Source: Dehalococcoidia bacterium (lineage in GTDB: Bacteria > Chloroflexota > Dehalococcoidia > Lucifugimonadales > JAGWBF01). Taken from it: a DNA stretch of 64,000 nt. Of this stretch, positions 27,599-35,049 are shown piece by piece. The stretch is from assembly GCA_965197415.1 (NCBI GenBank), contig OZ240207.1, forward strand, positions 1,053,046 through 1,117,045, in the 5' to 3' direction. How positions within the stretch are numbered: position 1 is the first letter of the stretch; each line of letters begins with the position of its first letter. The position numbers were made by a program, and so were the translations under genes. Under the pieces are notes generated by a model. It was not told the origin of the DNA. It saw only the letters and a list, made by a program, of their open reading frames with translations, and did not search any database.

Positions 27599-29195
27599 GA
27601 GTTTGTCTCATAGACTGGTGGGCGAGTTGACTAACACAGGTGTGGGAGCGATGGGCCTGAAGAGAGGTCGGCCCGTCCAGTTCCACCGGCCGCTTGTCGG
27701 GCCCCGGAAAGGTCGTCTGCCTCTCTTAGTTCCATGGGGCCTAGGCCAAGCCCCAAGGGGCTTGGCCACTGCGCCATAGCTTGAGCAAGTTATGGGTCAT
27801 CCCTGCCAGCGACCACTCACTCTGTGCAGCGCCCAACCCCCGTCTCATAAACCGTCGGAACCCCTGTCCTTCCTTGACCTGTCCGAACACCGGCTCCACC
27901 AGTACACCCCGCTTCTTGTACTGAGCTCGGCCTCGCTTTGTCAGCAGCTTGCGCTCCATCCTGTCCCTCGGGCTCAGTCCTTTTGGTATACGCCCTCGGA
28001 GACACCCCTTCTCCCGTAGCATCTTCCGCTGTTTCCAATCCTTGGTGGTGGCAATAAGAAGCTCAGGCATCTCTGGCCAGGAGCAAGCCCTGATGTTGGC
28101 CTCACTCCAGTACCCGGCATCGGCCAGGCCCGCTTTGGGCCGCTCCTCTATGCCGGCTGCCTCCAGAGTATGCGCCATGGTCTGGAGCATCGGCTCCAGT
28201 TGCTGCACATCGTTGGCCTCTTGGGTCACTCCAACGGCTACTATGATCTGCTCCTCGCTCACCACCGCCTGGGCATTGTAGCCCTGCACGTACCCTTGCC
28301 TGGTCTTCATGATGCGGCTGTCCGGGTCGGTGGTATTAGCCTTCGCCTCTTCGGTAGGAAGTGGCTCTACCACCTTGGGCTTTCGCCCCCGCTTCTTTTT
28401 GCCTGTGGCCTCTTCTTCTGCCCGCCGTTGCTCCACGTGCTCTTGGACAGCCTTGGCTGCTGCTTCAGCCTCCCGCTGCAGACGTTCCTTGGCTTCCTTC
28501 AGGCGCTTGAGCCGCTCCCTCCGTCCCCCTAGCCCTTCCGGTAGCTCATCCCCTCGCCGGTCGGGACCGTAATGGGCATCCTCTTCAGCATCCGCTGCCT
28601 TGGCCTCTGCCAACATGCGCTGCACTTCTTCCTCAATGGCCTGGTGGCTCCGGTTGGTGCCCAGCGCCGCATTGGCTGCCACCTTCGTCCCATCAAGAGC
28701 CACTACCCCCAGCTTCACCAGACCCGCTTCATGGCATAACCTCAGTACCTCTACAAAGAGCTCCTCCAGCGCCTCCTCCTGCTCCGCTCTAAAGCGACAG
28801 ATGGTACGGAAGTCTGGCTGCCGGTTCGCCGCCACCACCCGGAAACCTACATCTTCCTCGAGAGCACGGGCTATGCGCCTGGAACTCCGTAGACCCAGGC
28901 AGTAGGCGTACAACAGGATGGCCACCATCATTTCCGGATCGTAGGCCGCTGCACCCCAGCCATCACTTCGGTAGGCTGCATAGAACTCCCTCAGATCCAT
29001 CTGGCCTACTGCATCCACAATGAACCAGGCCAGGTGACCCTCCCTCAACCAATCCCTCATGGACGGCGGCATCAAGTAGCTCTGGTCTCGCTCACAGCGC
29101 AGAAGGTTATAAGCCATAGTATCGTACCTGCCAGTTGTTTCTACCAGCTTACTGCTTCACCAACCCCACGGAAAGAGAGTCTATGGGACACGCTC
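27599..29195 (-). mobile_element. IS5/IS1182-type insertion sequence, 1597 bp, complete
   Basis: Imperfect 18-bp terminal inverted repeats: GAGTTTGTCTCATAGACT (27599-27616) and AGTCTATGGGACACGCTC (29178-29195), 15/18 complementary. They are flanked by a 4-bp direct repeat ATAG (27595-27598 and 29196-29199). The element carries one DDE transposase ORF. Confidence 0.8.
27741..29117 (-). CDS. IS1182-family DDE transposase
   Basis: 458 aa. N-terminal InsH/DUF772-type block LLRCERDQSYLMPPSMRDWLREGHLAWFIVDAV..AAYDPEMMVAILLYAYCLGLRSSRRIA. DDE candidates VALDGTKV, LADAGYWS, EPVFGQVKE. Central coiled-coil Lys/Glu-rich linker. Confidence 0.85.
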   Translation of the reverse strand: MAYNLLRCERDQSYLMPPSMRDWLREGHLAWFIVDAVGQMDLREFYAAYRSDGWGAAAYDPEMMVAILLYAYCLGLRSSRRIARALEEDVGFRVVAANRQPDFRTICRFRAEQEEALEELFVEVLRLCHEAGLVKLGVVALDGTKVAANAALGTNRSHQAIEEEVQRMLAEAKAADAEEDAHYGPDRRGDELPEGLGGRRERLKRLKEAKERLQREAEAAAKAVQEHVEQRRAEEEATGKKKRGRKPKVVEPLPTEEAKANTTDPDSRIMKTRQGYVQGYNAQAVVSEEQIIVAVGVTQEANDVQQLEPMLQTMAHTLEAAGIEERPKAGLADAGYWSEANIRACSWPEMPELLIATTKDWKQRKMLREKGCLRGRIPKGLSPRDRMERKLLTKRGRAQYKKRGVLVEPVFGQVKEGQGFRRFMRRGLGAAQSEWSLAGMTHNLLKLWRSGQAPWGLA

Positions 29196-30039
29196 ATAGT
29201 GGTCGGGATTGAGGTCCACGAACCTGCCGTAGGCCTCTATGGCGTGTTGAAATGCACCTTGCTGGTAATACCGATTCCCTGCGATGAGATAATCGTCCTG
29301 GCTGAGTGAAACGGGATATGCAACACGGTTGGTCTCTGCGAAGCCGTGTGCGTCCAGAAACAATGACCTGTGGCTTACATCAAGCAGTCCGAGTTCTCCG
29401 ATGAGTTCATGTTTATCCTTCTGGGCGATTTTGATTTCCGCGATCACATTGCTATCCTCGGAGATCTTCGGCCTCCCGATGACAAACACGCTGCGTTGCC
29501 TGAGTATCCTAGCCAACGCGTCTCCACTTGCCATAGGTTCCCAATACGCTATGTTCGGAGGTTCTCCCTTCGGAAGGAATAGGCTTGCGACTCCCTGCTC
29601 GCTCTCGTCACTTGGGATCATAGCTACCTGAATGGGATCATTCAGATTCATGACGAACAACTTCCCATCTGCCTCAGGTTCTTCGCAAGCGAACCAGAGT
29701 CCGACAAGCGGGTTCCAACTGAAATCCAGCAAACCGGTGGCGGCTCTCAGATGTTGCAATTTGGCGAGCAACTGCAAGTCCGAAAGCTCACGCCCCAATT
29801 CAATGCCAAGTCCCTGTGTGCGTGCCGGAGCAATTAGTGTGCTGTTGTGATAGTCCAGATAGAGACTTGGAAATTCAGGACTATTTTGTACACCTTCTCC
29901 ACGATGCTTTCTCAACCTTCGCGTCGCCGCGGAGTGAAGAGGCCAGTGTGCATTGCCCTGTCCAACTAAAGGCGTAGGTTCCAACACCCAATGCCGTGGT
30001 GGTATCGCTGATCTTGCTCAGATACTCGTTAAGTTTCAT
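29196..30039 (-). pseudogene. N-terminal part (FRG domain plus first TPR) of the IS-split FRG-TPR gene, probably also frameshifted near its 5-prime end
   Basis: FRG motifs: LVGQGNAHWPLHSAATR, LAKLQHLRAATGLLDFSWNPLVGLWFAC, RILRQRSVFVIG. The ORF runs into the IS and stops there (..NPDHYERVP*). ATG 30039-30037 lies 5 nt after the RES stop in the pre-IS66 arrangement, but is in a different frame from the FRG frame (track start GTG 29987). Confidence 0.7.
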
Positions 30040-30040
30040 G

Positions 30041-31585
30041 GTAATTGATTAGCGGGTTAGGCGGCCCGTGGAGGGGTTGCGGTGGTGGATGGGAGATGTT
30101 TTAGACTTTGGCTATGTGTGAGGCCAAAGGCATCCGTCCCTGTGAACGCGACGAGCTGATGACGCTGGTCAAGGGGCTGCAGAGGCAGATTGCCCAGTTG
30201 CAAGGGCAGAACGCCCAGTTGGCGGCGGCCAACGAACGGTTGAGCAAGCAACTCGCAGAACTCCAGCGAGCCGGAAAGCGGCAGGCGGCTCCGTTCTCCA
30301 AGGGCAGGCGGACCTCCAGCCCCAAGCGGCCTGGGCGCAAGCCGGGTCAAGGGATGTTCAGCTACCGCAAGCTGCCGTCCCCAGATCAGGTCACAGAGCC
30401 GATCGTAGAGGTGACCGTACCTGGGGACACATGTCCTGGATGCGGAGGCAGACTCGAGGATGAGGGAATGGGAGTTGCCTACGTGACAGACATTCCTCCG
30501 ATTCGGCGTCCGCAGGTGACGGCGTACCGGGTGCAGATATGCCGGTGCCGGTCCTGCGGCAGGCAGGTCCGAGGCCGGCATCCCGATGTTGCCCCGGACC
30601 AGTACGGGGCCAGCGCCCATCGGGTTGGGAGGCGAGTGATGGCGGCGGCTCACGTGCTCCACTACGGGGTGGGCGTTCCGGTAAGAAAGGTTCCCGCTGT
30701 GCTCAGAGCGCTGACCGGAGTGGAAGTGAGTCAGGGAGCGATCAGCCAGGACGCGCTGCGACGTGCCACGGGTGCTGTGGGGGAAGCCTACCACAAGCTG
30801 CGGACATCGGTGGGTGTGAGTCGACTCGTCCACACCGATGACACTGGATGGCGCGTGGGGGGTGAGTCCGCCTTTCTGATGGCCTTCGAGACGGATGAGG
30901 CTACGGTATACCAGGTCCGTGCTCGTCACCGGAACGAAGAGGTGCGCGAGGTGGTTCCGTCGGACTATGGCGGAGTGATGGTGACGGACCGGGGGCGGAG
31001 CTACGATGCTCAGGCTCTGTCCGGGGTGAAGCAACAGAAGTGCCTGGCCCATGTGCTGCGCTCGATCAGTGAGGTGGTACAGACCAGGACAGGGAGAGGA
31101 CGCAGCTTCGGCAAGCGTCTGAAGGGTCTTCTCAGAGAAGCGATGGAACTGTGGGGGGCATATCACCGGGGAGAGGCGTCGGACTTTGGTGTGCAGGCCG
31201 AGCGGTTGAAGCGAGAGGTGAGATATCATCTCCGCGACCGTCCGATGGCGGATGCGGACAACTACAGGCTGCAGAACGAGCTCGGCTGGCACGACGATCG
31301 GGGCAACCTGCTGCGTTTTCTGGACGATCCGAGCATTGAGCCGACCAACAACCGTGCTGAGCGAGCGCTCCGCCCGGCAGTGATCGCGCGGAAGGTGTCG
31401 CACTGCTCGAAGAGCGTCGAGGGCGCCGATGCCTTCTCGGCGTTCACCAGCGTAATCAGAACTCTGGCCCGCAATGGTGGCGACCGGTCTGTGGTGGATC
31501 GGCTCTGCGATGTGTTCAGCGGCGCTCCCCGCCACTCTCCTTCACTCTGAACCTCTCCACAGACTCCCCTCCGCTAATCAATTAC
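30041..31585 (+). mobile_element. IS66-family insertion sequence, single-ORF (ISBst12-like) type, 1545 bp, complete
   Basis: Perfect 15-bp terminal inverted repeats: GTAATTGATTAGCGG (30041-30055) and CCGCTAATCAATTAC (31571-31585). They are flanked by an 8-bp direct repeat GTTTCATG (30033-30040 and 31586-31593). An 8-bp duplication is the IS66-family hallmark. Confidence 0.9.
30108..31550 (+). CDS. IS66-family transposase (TnpC-like)
   Basis: 480 aa. N-terminal leucine-zipper-like QLQGQNAQLAAANERLSKQLAELQ; zinc finger CPGCGG..CRCRSCG; DDE region HTDDTGW.., VMVTDRGRSYD; signature EPTNNRAERALRP. Confidence 0.9.
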   Translation: MAMCEAKGIRPCERDELMTLVKGLQRQIAQLQGQNAQLAAANERLSKQLAELQRAGKRQAAPFSKGRRTSSPKRPGRKPGQGMFSYRKLPSPDQVTEPIVEVTVPGDTCPGCGGRLEDEGMGVAYVTDIPPIRRPQVTAYRVQICRCRSCGRQVRGRHPDVAPDQYGASAHRVGRRVMAAAHVLHYGVGVPVRKVPAVLRALTGVEVSQGAISQDALRRATGAVGEAYHKLRTSVGVSRLVHTDDTGWRVGGESAFLMAFETDEATVYQVRARHRNEEVREVVPSDYGGVMVTDRGRSYDAQALSGVKQQKCLAHVLRSISEVVQTRTGRGRSFGKRLKGLLREAMELWGAYHRGEASDFGVQAERLKREVRYHLRDRPMADADNYRLQNELGWHDDRGNLLRFLDDPSIEPTNNRAERALRPAVIARKVSHCSKSVEGADAFSAFTSVIRTLARNGGDRSVVDRLCDVFSGAPRHSPSL

Positions 31586-31597
31586 GTTTCATGTTAG

Positions 31598-33124
31598 TCA
31601 GTCGGCATCCTCAGCCAGCTGCTGTCCCGCTTCCTGATCTTGGTCCTGATTCCTCCGGGAGACAGTAACCTTGGGAGTCGGTACAGCAAAATGAAACCTT
31701 ACCGTGCCACCCGACACCTTGTGATCACGGTTTAAGGGAAGGGCTTTGGTTTCATACTTAACTCCAGAAACAGCTAGAACCTTCAGACTTTGCGGGTCGA
31801 GCCTAAGTATGCTGTCCCCGTGATTGACTTGGGTTTCTGGGTTAACGGTCGTAGGATCTGCACCACTCTGTTCATTTGCCGCAGTTGCTCCCTGGGGTTC
31901 AGTTTGGATAATTGAATCTTCGCTCGTTTCGGTTCCCGGCTGTGGAATACCCGACCGTGGTGGTATCCTGACTCGAAGACCGGGAGCCGGTTCGTCAGCC
32001 TCGACACTACGGGCACCGACAAACAGCACTACGTTGCGTCCGCCCTTTCCGGTCTGGGCTGAACTGAAGATAATCCCATGAAGGCGAGGTTCGACCCGGT
32101 TGGCCAGATACTCGGATACAATCTGGGTTGCAATATATTCTCGTGCCTCCTCCTGCGGCATGACAGGCCTGCTCATTTCACCAACCAATTCCTTTAGGAA
32201 CCTCTCTCGGCTTCGTTTTTCAATGTAATCGGGATCAAAGTGACTGACCTCGGAATCCGGGTTCGACAGTGCTTCAAGATCAAGGACGTTGATCGGGCTC
32301 AACAGGTCGAACTTCACAAGGACCACGAAGCTCCCCACAGGGGCACGAACCTCTGACACGCATGTTTCTTCTTCTAAGGCACCGTAGAAGACCGGAATGC
32401 CCTCAGCGTTCATTCGGCCGGCCGTAGCCTTGTCCGAAGGGGGAGGACCGAGCCGACTACTCAAGGATTCGAGTATCGACTGTATTTCCGACTCTGAATG
32501 CGCTGTCCGAGCTCGCCAAAAAGAGCTATCCTTGTCGCCCGGATGTATTTCACGAACAACTGGTTTGCCCCAGATCGTCCTAAGAGAAGCCAAGTCTTCG
32601 AAAATTCTTTCTAATGTGGCCGCAGTGGTAGCGCCGAAGAACCGGGCACAGGTACGGATTTCTTCTTTGGAGTCCCACCAGGCTGAGCGGAGGTCTGAGG
32701 CGTCAGCCTCCTGTTCTATATGCAACATCCTATGGTTGTAAGGGTTCTCCTCTTCTCCTGCGACGGTTTCCGTCTGAGCCAGCCTCTTGAACAAATTCTC
32801 CCTCACGTCCGCCGCGATGCCTTGTTCAATGCCAGCAACGTCTGCTATAACGGTTTCGGCGTCGTCCGAGCCTTGCCTAAATTGTTCCGGTACATCGCAC
32901 TCAGGGACTGGTATGAAGTGCTCTTCCAACACGCGATGGATGCGGTTGGCCAGATCCGCCAGGGTAAACGCAGGATTTGTCGCACGGCAATAGGTGCACT
33001 CCCCTCGGGTACCTTCTTGCTCTACCTGTTTGGCTAGGAACTTGTCGCCTATGCAGGCGTGGCACACATGCTGAGACCCTTCAGGCTTCAAACCGCTATC
33101 TCCAGTGGTTGTTAGGATCGACAT
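31598..33124 (-). CDS. RES-domain protein with an N-terminal zinc ribbon (HEPN/RES-NTD1-like) and an uncharacterised C-terminal extension
   Basis: 508 aa. CHAC-x18-CTYC ribbon. RES signature: FWRAR.., AGRMNAEGIPVFYGALEEETCVSEV.., GIIFSSAQTGKGGRNVVLF (Arg, Glu and Ser positions all present). Confidence 0.8.
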   Translation of the reverse strand: MSILTTTGDSGLKPEGSQHVCHACIGDKFLAKQVEQEGTRGECTYCRATNPAFTLADLANRIHRVLEEHFIPVPECDVPEQFRQGSDDAETVIADVAGIEQGIAADVRENLFKRLAQTETVAGEEENPYNHRMLHIEQEADASDLRSAWWDSKEEIRTCARFFGATTAATLERIFEDLASLRTIWGKPVVREIHPGDKDSSFWRARTAHSESEIQSILESLSSRLGPPPSDKATAGRMNAEGIPVFYGALEEETCVSEVRAPVGSFVVLVKFDLLSPINVLDLEALSNPDSEVSHFDPDYIEKRSRERFLKELVGEMSRPVMPQEEAREYIATQIVSEYLANRVEPRLHGIIFSSAQTGKGGRNVVLFVGARSVEADEPAPGLRVRIPPRSGIPQPGTETSEDSIIQTEPQGATAANEQSGADPTTVNPETQVNHGDSILRLDPQSLKVLAVSGVKYETKALPLNRDHKVSGGTVRFHFAVPTPKVTVSRRNQDQDQEAGQQLAEDAD

Positions 33125-33565
33125 CTACCATCAGGCGCGACCCTTGCCCGGGCTGCCGCCTACTGGGGATTCCATGTGTCCTGAGCTCGGCTTTCTTGAC
33201 GTCCTCAAGTATCAGGTCTGCGTAGCGAGGTTTCAGTGAGAGGAGCAGGGGTTTCGGTGACTGCTCCAAGTAGTCGTCGAGTTGCCCGACGTACTCGGGG
33301 TTAGGGTTGAAGCCTCCCGCGGTCCCGATCCTGCGCTTGAACTCAATGAATGTGTCGAGAACCGCGAGGTCCACGGCGCGGCGCGAACCTTGGGCGGGTG
33401 GATTCTCCTCAATGATCTCCTTATCCTCACGAGGCCCGTGAGGATAAGGAGATTACGAACGGCGCTGGTGATGTTCGCCTCGGGCTCGCCAGCATCGTGC
33501 CGCCGCAGAATCTCGGCGGCAGCCTGGGCGTACCGGGCATCGCTGTAGTCTATCTGAATGGACAC
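33096..33565 (-). pseudogene. Frameshifted gene debris: PD-(D/E)xK nuclease-like N-terminal fragment followed by a truncated ASCH-like fragment
   Basis: Two overlapping track ORFs (33233-33565 and 33096-33374) read through in different frames: ..ANITSAVRNLLILTGLV / EDKEIIEENPPAQGSRRAVDLAVLDTFIEFKRRIG (D..ExK pattern), then LLLSLKPRYADLILEDVKKAELR (ASCH-type start). This is cut off by the start of the RES gene. Confidence 0.45.
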
Positions 33566-33656
33566 TTAGGCCCTCAGCACCTTTAGGTTTCAACAGAGCG
33601 TACCGGAGGATGAGACCGCACGCCGGTGCGTTACCCATTCGAATCAGCTCGATCCA

Positions 33657-34106
33657 CTACTCCGGCGTAACGAACTCCCCTAGCCAGCGCACACTGTCAA
33701 TGCTTGGACTTGCCGCCCGGTAGAACCTCTCGTCGGCTGTCCATAGCTCGCAGCCGAAACTCTCCGCCAACGCGAGGTAATGGGCGTCGTAGGCCGCGTT
33801 CTGACTGAGTTGGCTTGCAAGTTGCAGCGCTCTGACGTGGAGGCCCGGCGGCTGGTGGAGTTCGAGCCGCGACTCAAGCAGCCGTGCAATCATGCGGGTA
33901 CTATCGCCGACGTTCAACTCCCCCCGCAAGACGCGCCGGTGGAGAGCGTTGGCGACCTCAAAGGGCATGAGGTGTGGGGCGATGCGGGTTACGTCCCGGG
34001 CAACCCAGGATTGGAGGGCCGCGTGGGCCTTATCAGAGTCATCCTCTTCAACCAACCACTTGACCGCCAGACTCGCATCGACGACTACGGACCCGTTCAC
34101 GCCCAC
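33657..34106 (-). CDS. vapC: PIN-domain toxin VapC
   Basis: 149 aa. VVVDASLAVKWLVEED.., ..PHLMPFEVANAL.., ..YDAHYLALAESFGCELWTADERF gives the acidic PIN residues in the expected order. The start overlaps the vapB stop (GTG 34106, or a GTGA overlap at 34100). Confidence 0.85.
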   Translation of the reverse strand: MGVNGSVVVDASLAVKWLVEEDDSDKAHAALQSWVARDVTRIAPHLMPFEVANALHRRVLRGELNVGDSTRMIARLLESRLELHQPPGLHVRALQLASQLSQNAAYDAHYLALAESFGCELWTADERFYRAASPSIDSVRWLGEFVTPE

Positions 34107-34399
34107 CCCGCGGTTTCGGCATCCCTGATCTCACGGGCTTCACGGATCAAGTCGGCGGAACTCCCAGGAAGAGGTTTGCCCCCGAAAATCTCCTCCCGGA
34201 GCTCTGCAAACAACTCGTCGTCCGGCTTGTCGGACAACAGTCCGGCCATCCCGTTGGATTCGTCCCTTGTCAACTCCCGATCAATGGCGGCCTGGCAGTA
34301 TCCACGCATACTGACGCCTTTGAGTGCAGCAATGGCTTTAAGCCGTCGCTGAAAGGTGGGGTTCAAGTCCAATGTGAGTCTCTTCTTCTTAGCTTCCAT
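34097..34399 (-). CDS. vapB: Ribbon-helix-helix antitoxin VapB
   Basis: 100 aa. KKRLTLDLNPTFQRRLKAIAALKGVSMRGYCQAAIDREL is a CopG/RHH-type N-terminus. The gene is immediately upstream of, and overlapping, the PIN gene. Confidence 0.75.
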   Translation of the reverse strand: MEAKKKRLTLDLNPTFQRRLKAIAALKGVSMRGYCQAAIDRELTRDESNGMAGLLSDKPDDELFAELREEIFGGKPLPGSSADLIREAREIRDAETAGWA

Positions 34400-34551
34400 C
34401 GCCTATGCCTCGCCAAGTTGATGCTACAAGGTAAGAATATGATAAACACGGAAAGATAATCAATACCCCGATAAGAAATGGGGAACCGGAGATACCCGAA
34501 TCCTGCGCCTAGCGCCCCTAGCTGAGAACGTCCTCTTGCTCCTGCCCCATC

Positions 34552-34680
34552 CCCCTTCTCCATCCGGTAGCCGACCCTGGGCTCGATGAAGATGTAGGCG
34601 GGATGGTCAGTGTCGTCGCCCGGCTTGCGGCGGAGCTGCTTCGCCGCAAGCCGCAGCCTCTGCAAGTTGCCGAAGCAGTC
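34552..34680 (-). pseudogene. Remnant of the last ~45 codons of an OmpR-family winged-helix regulator
   Basis: ..NLQRLRLAAKQLRRKPGDDTDHPAYIFIEPRVGYRMEKG parallels the C-terminus of the intact regulator domain at 11900-12000 (..ISSIRRKLGDAAEDSKYVLTELRVGYRMPKG). No receiver domain or N-terminal half of the DNA-binding domain lies upstream; a stop is in frame at about 34700. Confidence 0.6.
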
Positions 34681-35049
34681 CGTGTCGCTAGTCATCCAGC
34701 AGCCCGTGCGGCACAGCCCAGATCACCTCCTCACCGTCCCCGGCGTAACCGACGCATCTCGAACTCCCCGGACCCCTCCAGCATGAACCGCAGACTTCCC
34801 CTAATGACAGGGCAAGGCATAGACAAACGCCTATAGCTTGTGTGGTTCATACGCCCTTGATGCCTTCCAGCATATTGGACTAGATTCTAGTATAAGAATA
34901 AGCGATGGACGGGTATTTCCACCTAGCCGGTTTGCCCACTTGTACCCCCCCCATTTCGAGACTGAGCCCACCGCTCCGGGTGGAGGGACATATCGCATTC
35001 CAGCCGAATCTGCCGTAATCCAACCTGACGGAGACGAGTCCTGAATCCA

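Noticed and set aside
30057-31535. 492-aa ORF antisense to the IS66 transposase
   Set aside because: It is a shadow ORF. The plus-strand frame carries the unmistakable IS66 signature (EPTNNRAERALRP, zinc finger, DDE region). The antisense translation is low-complexity.
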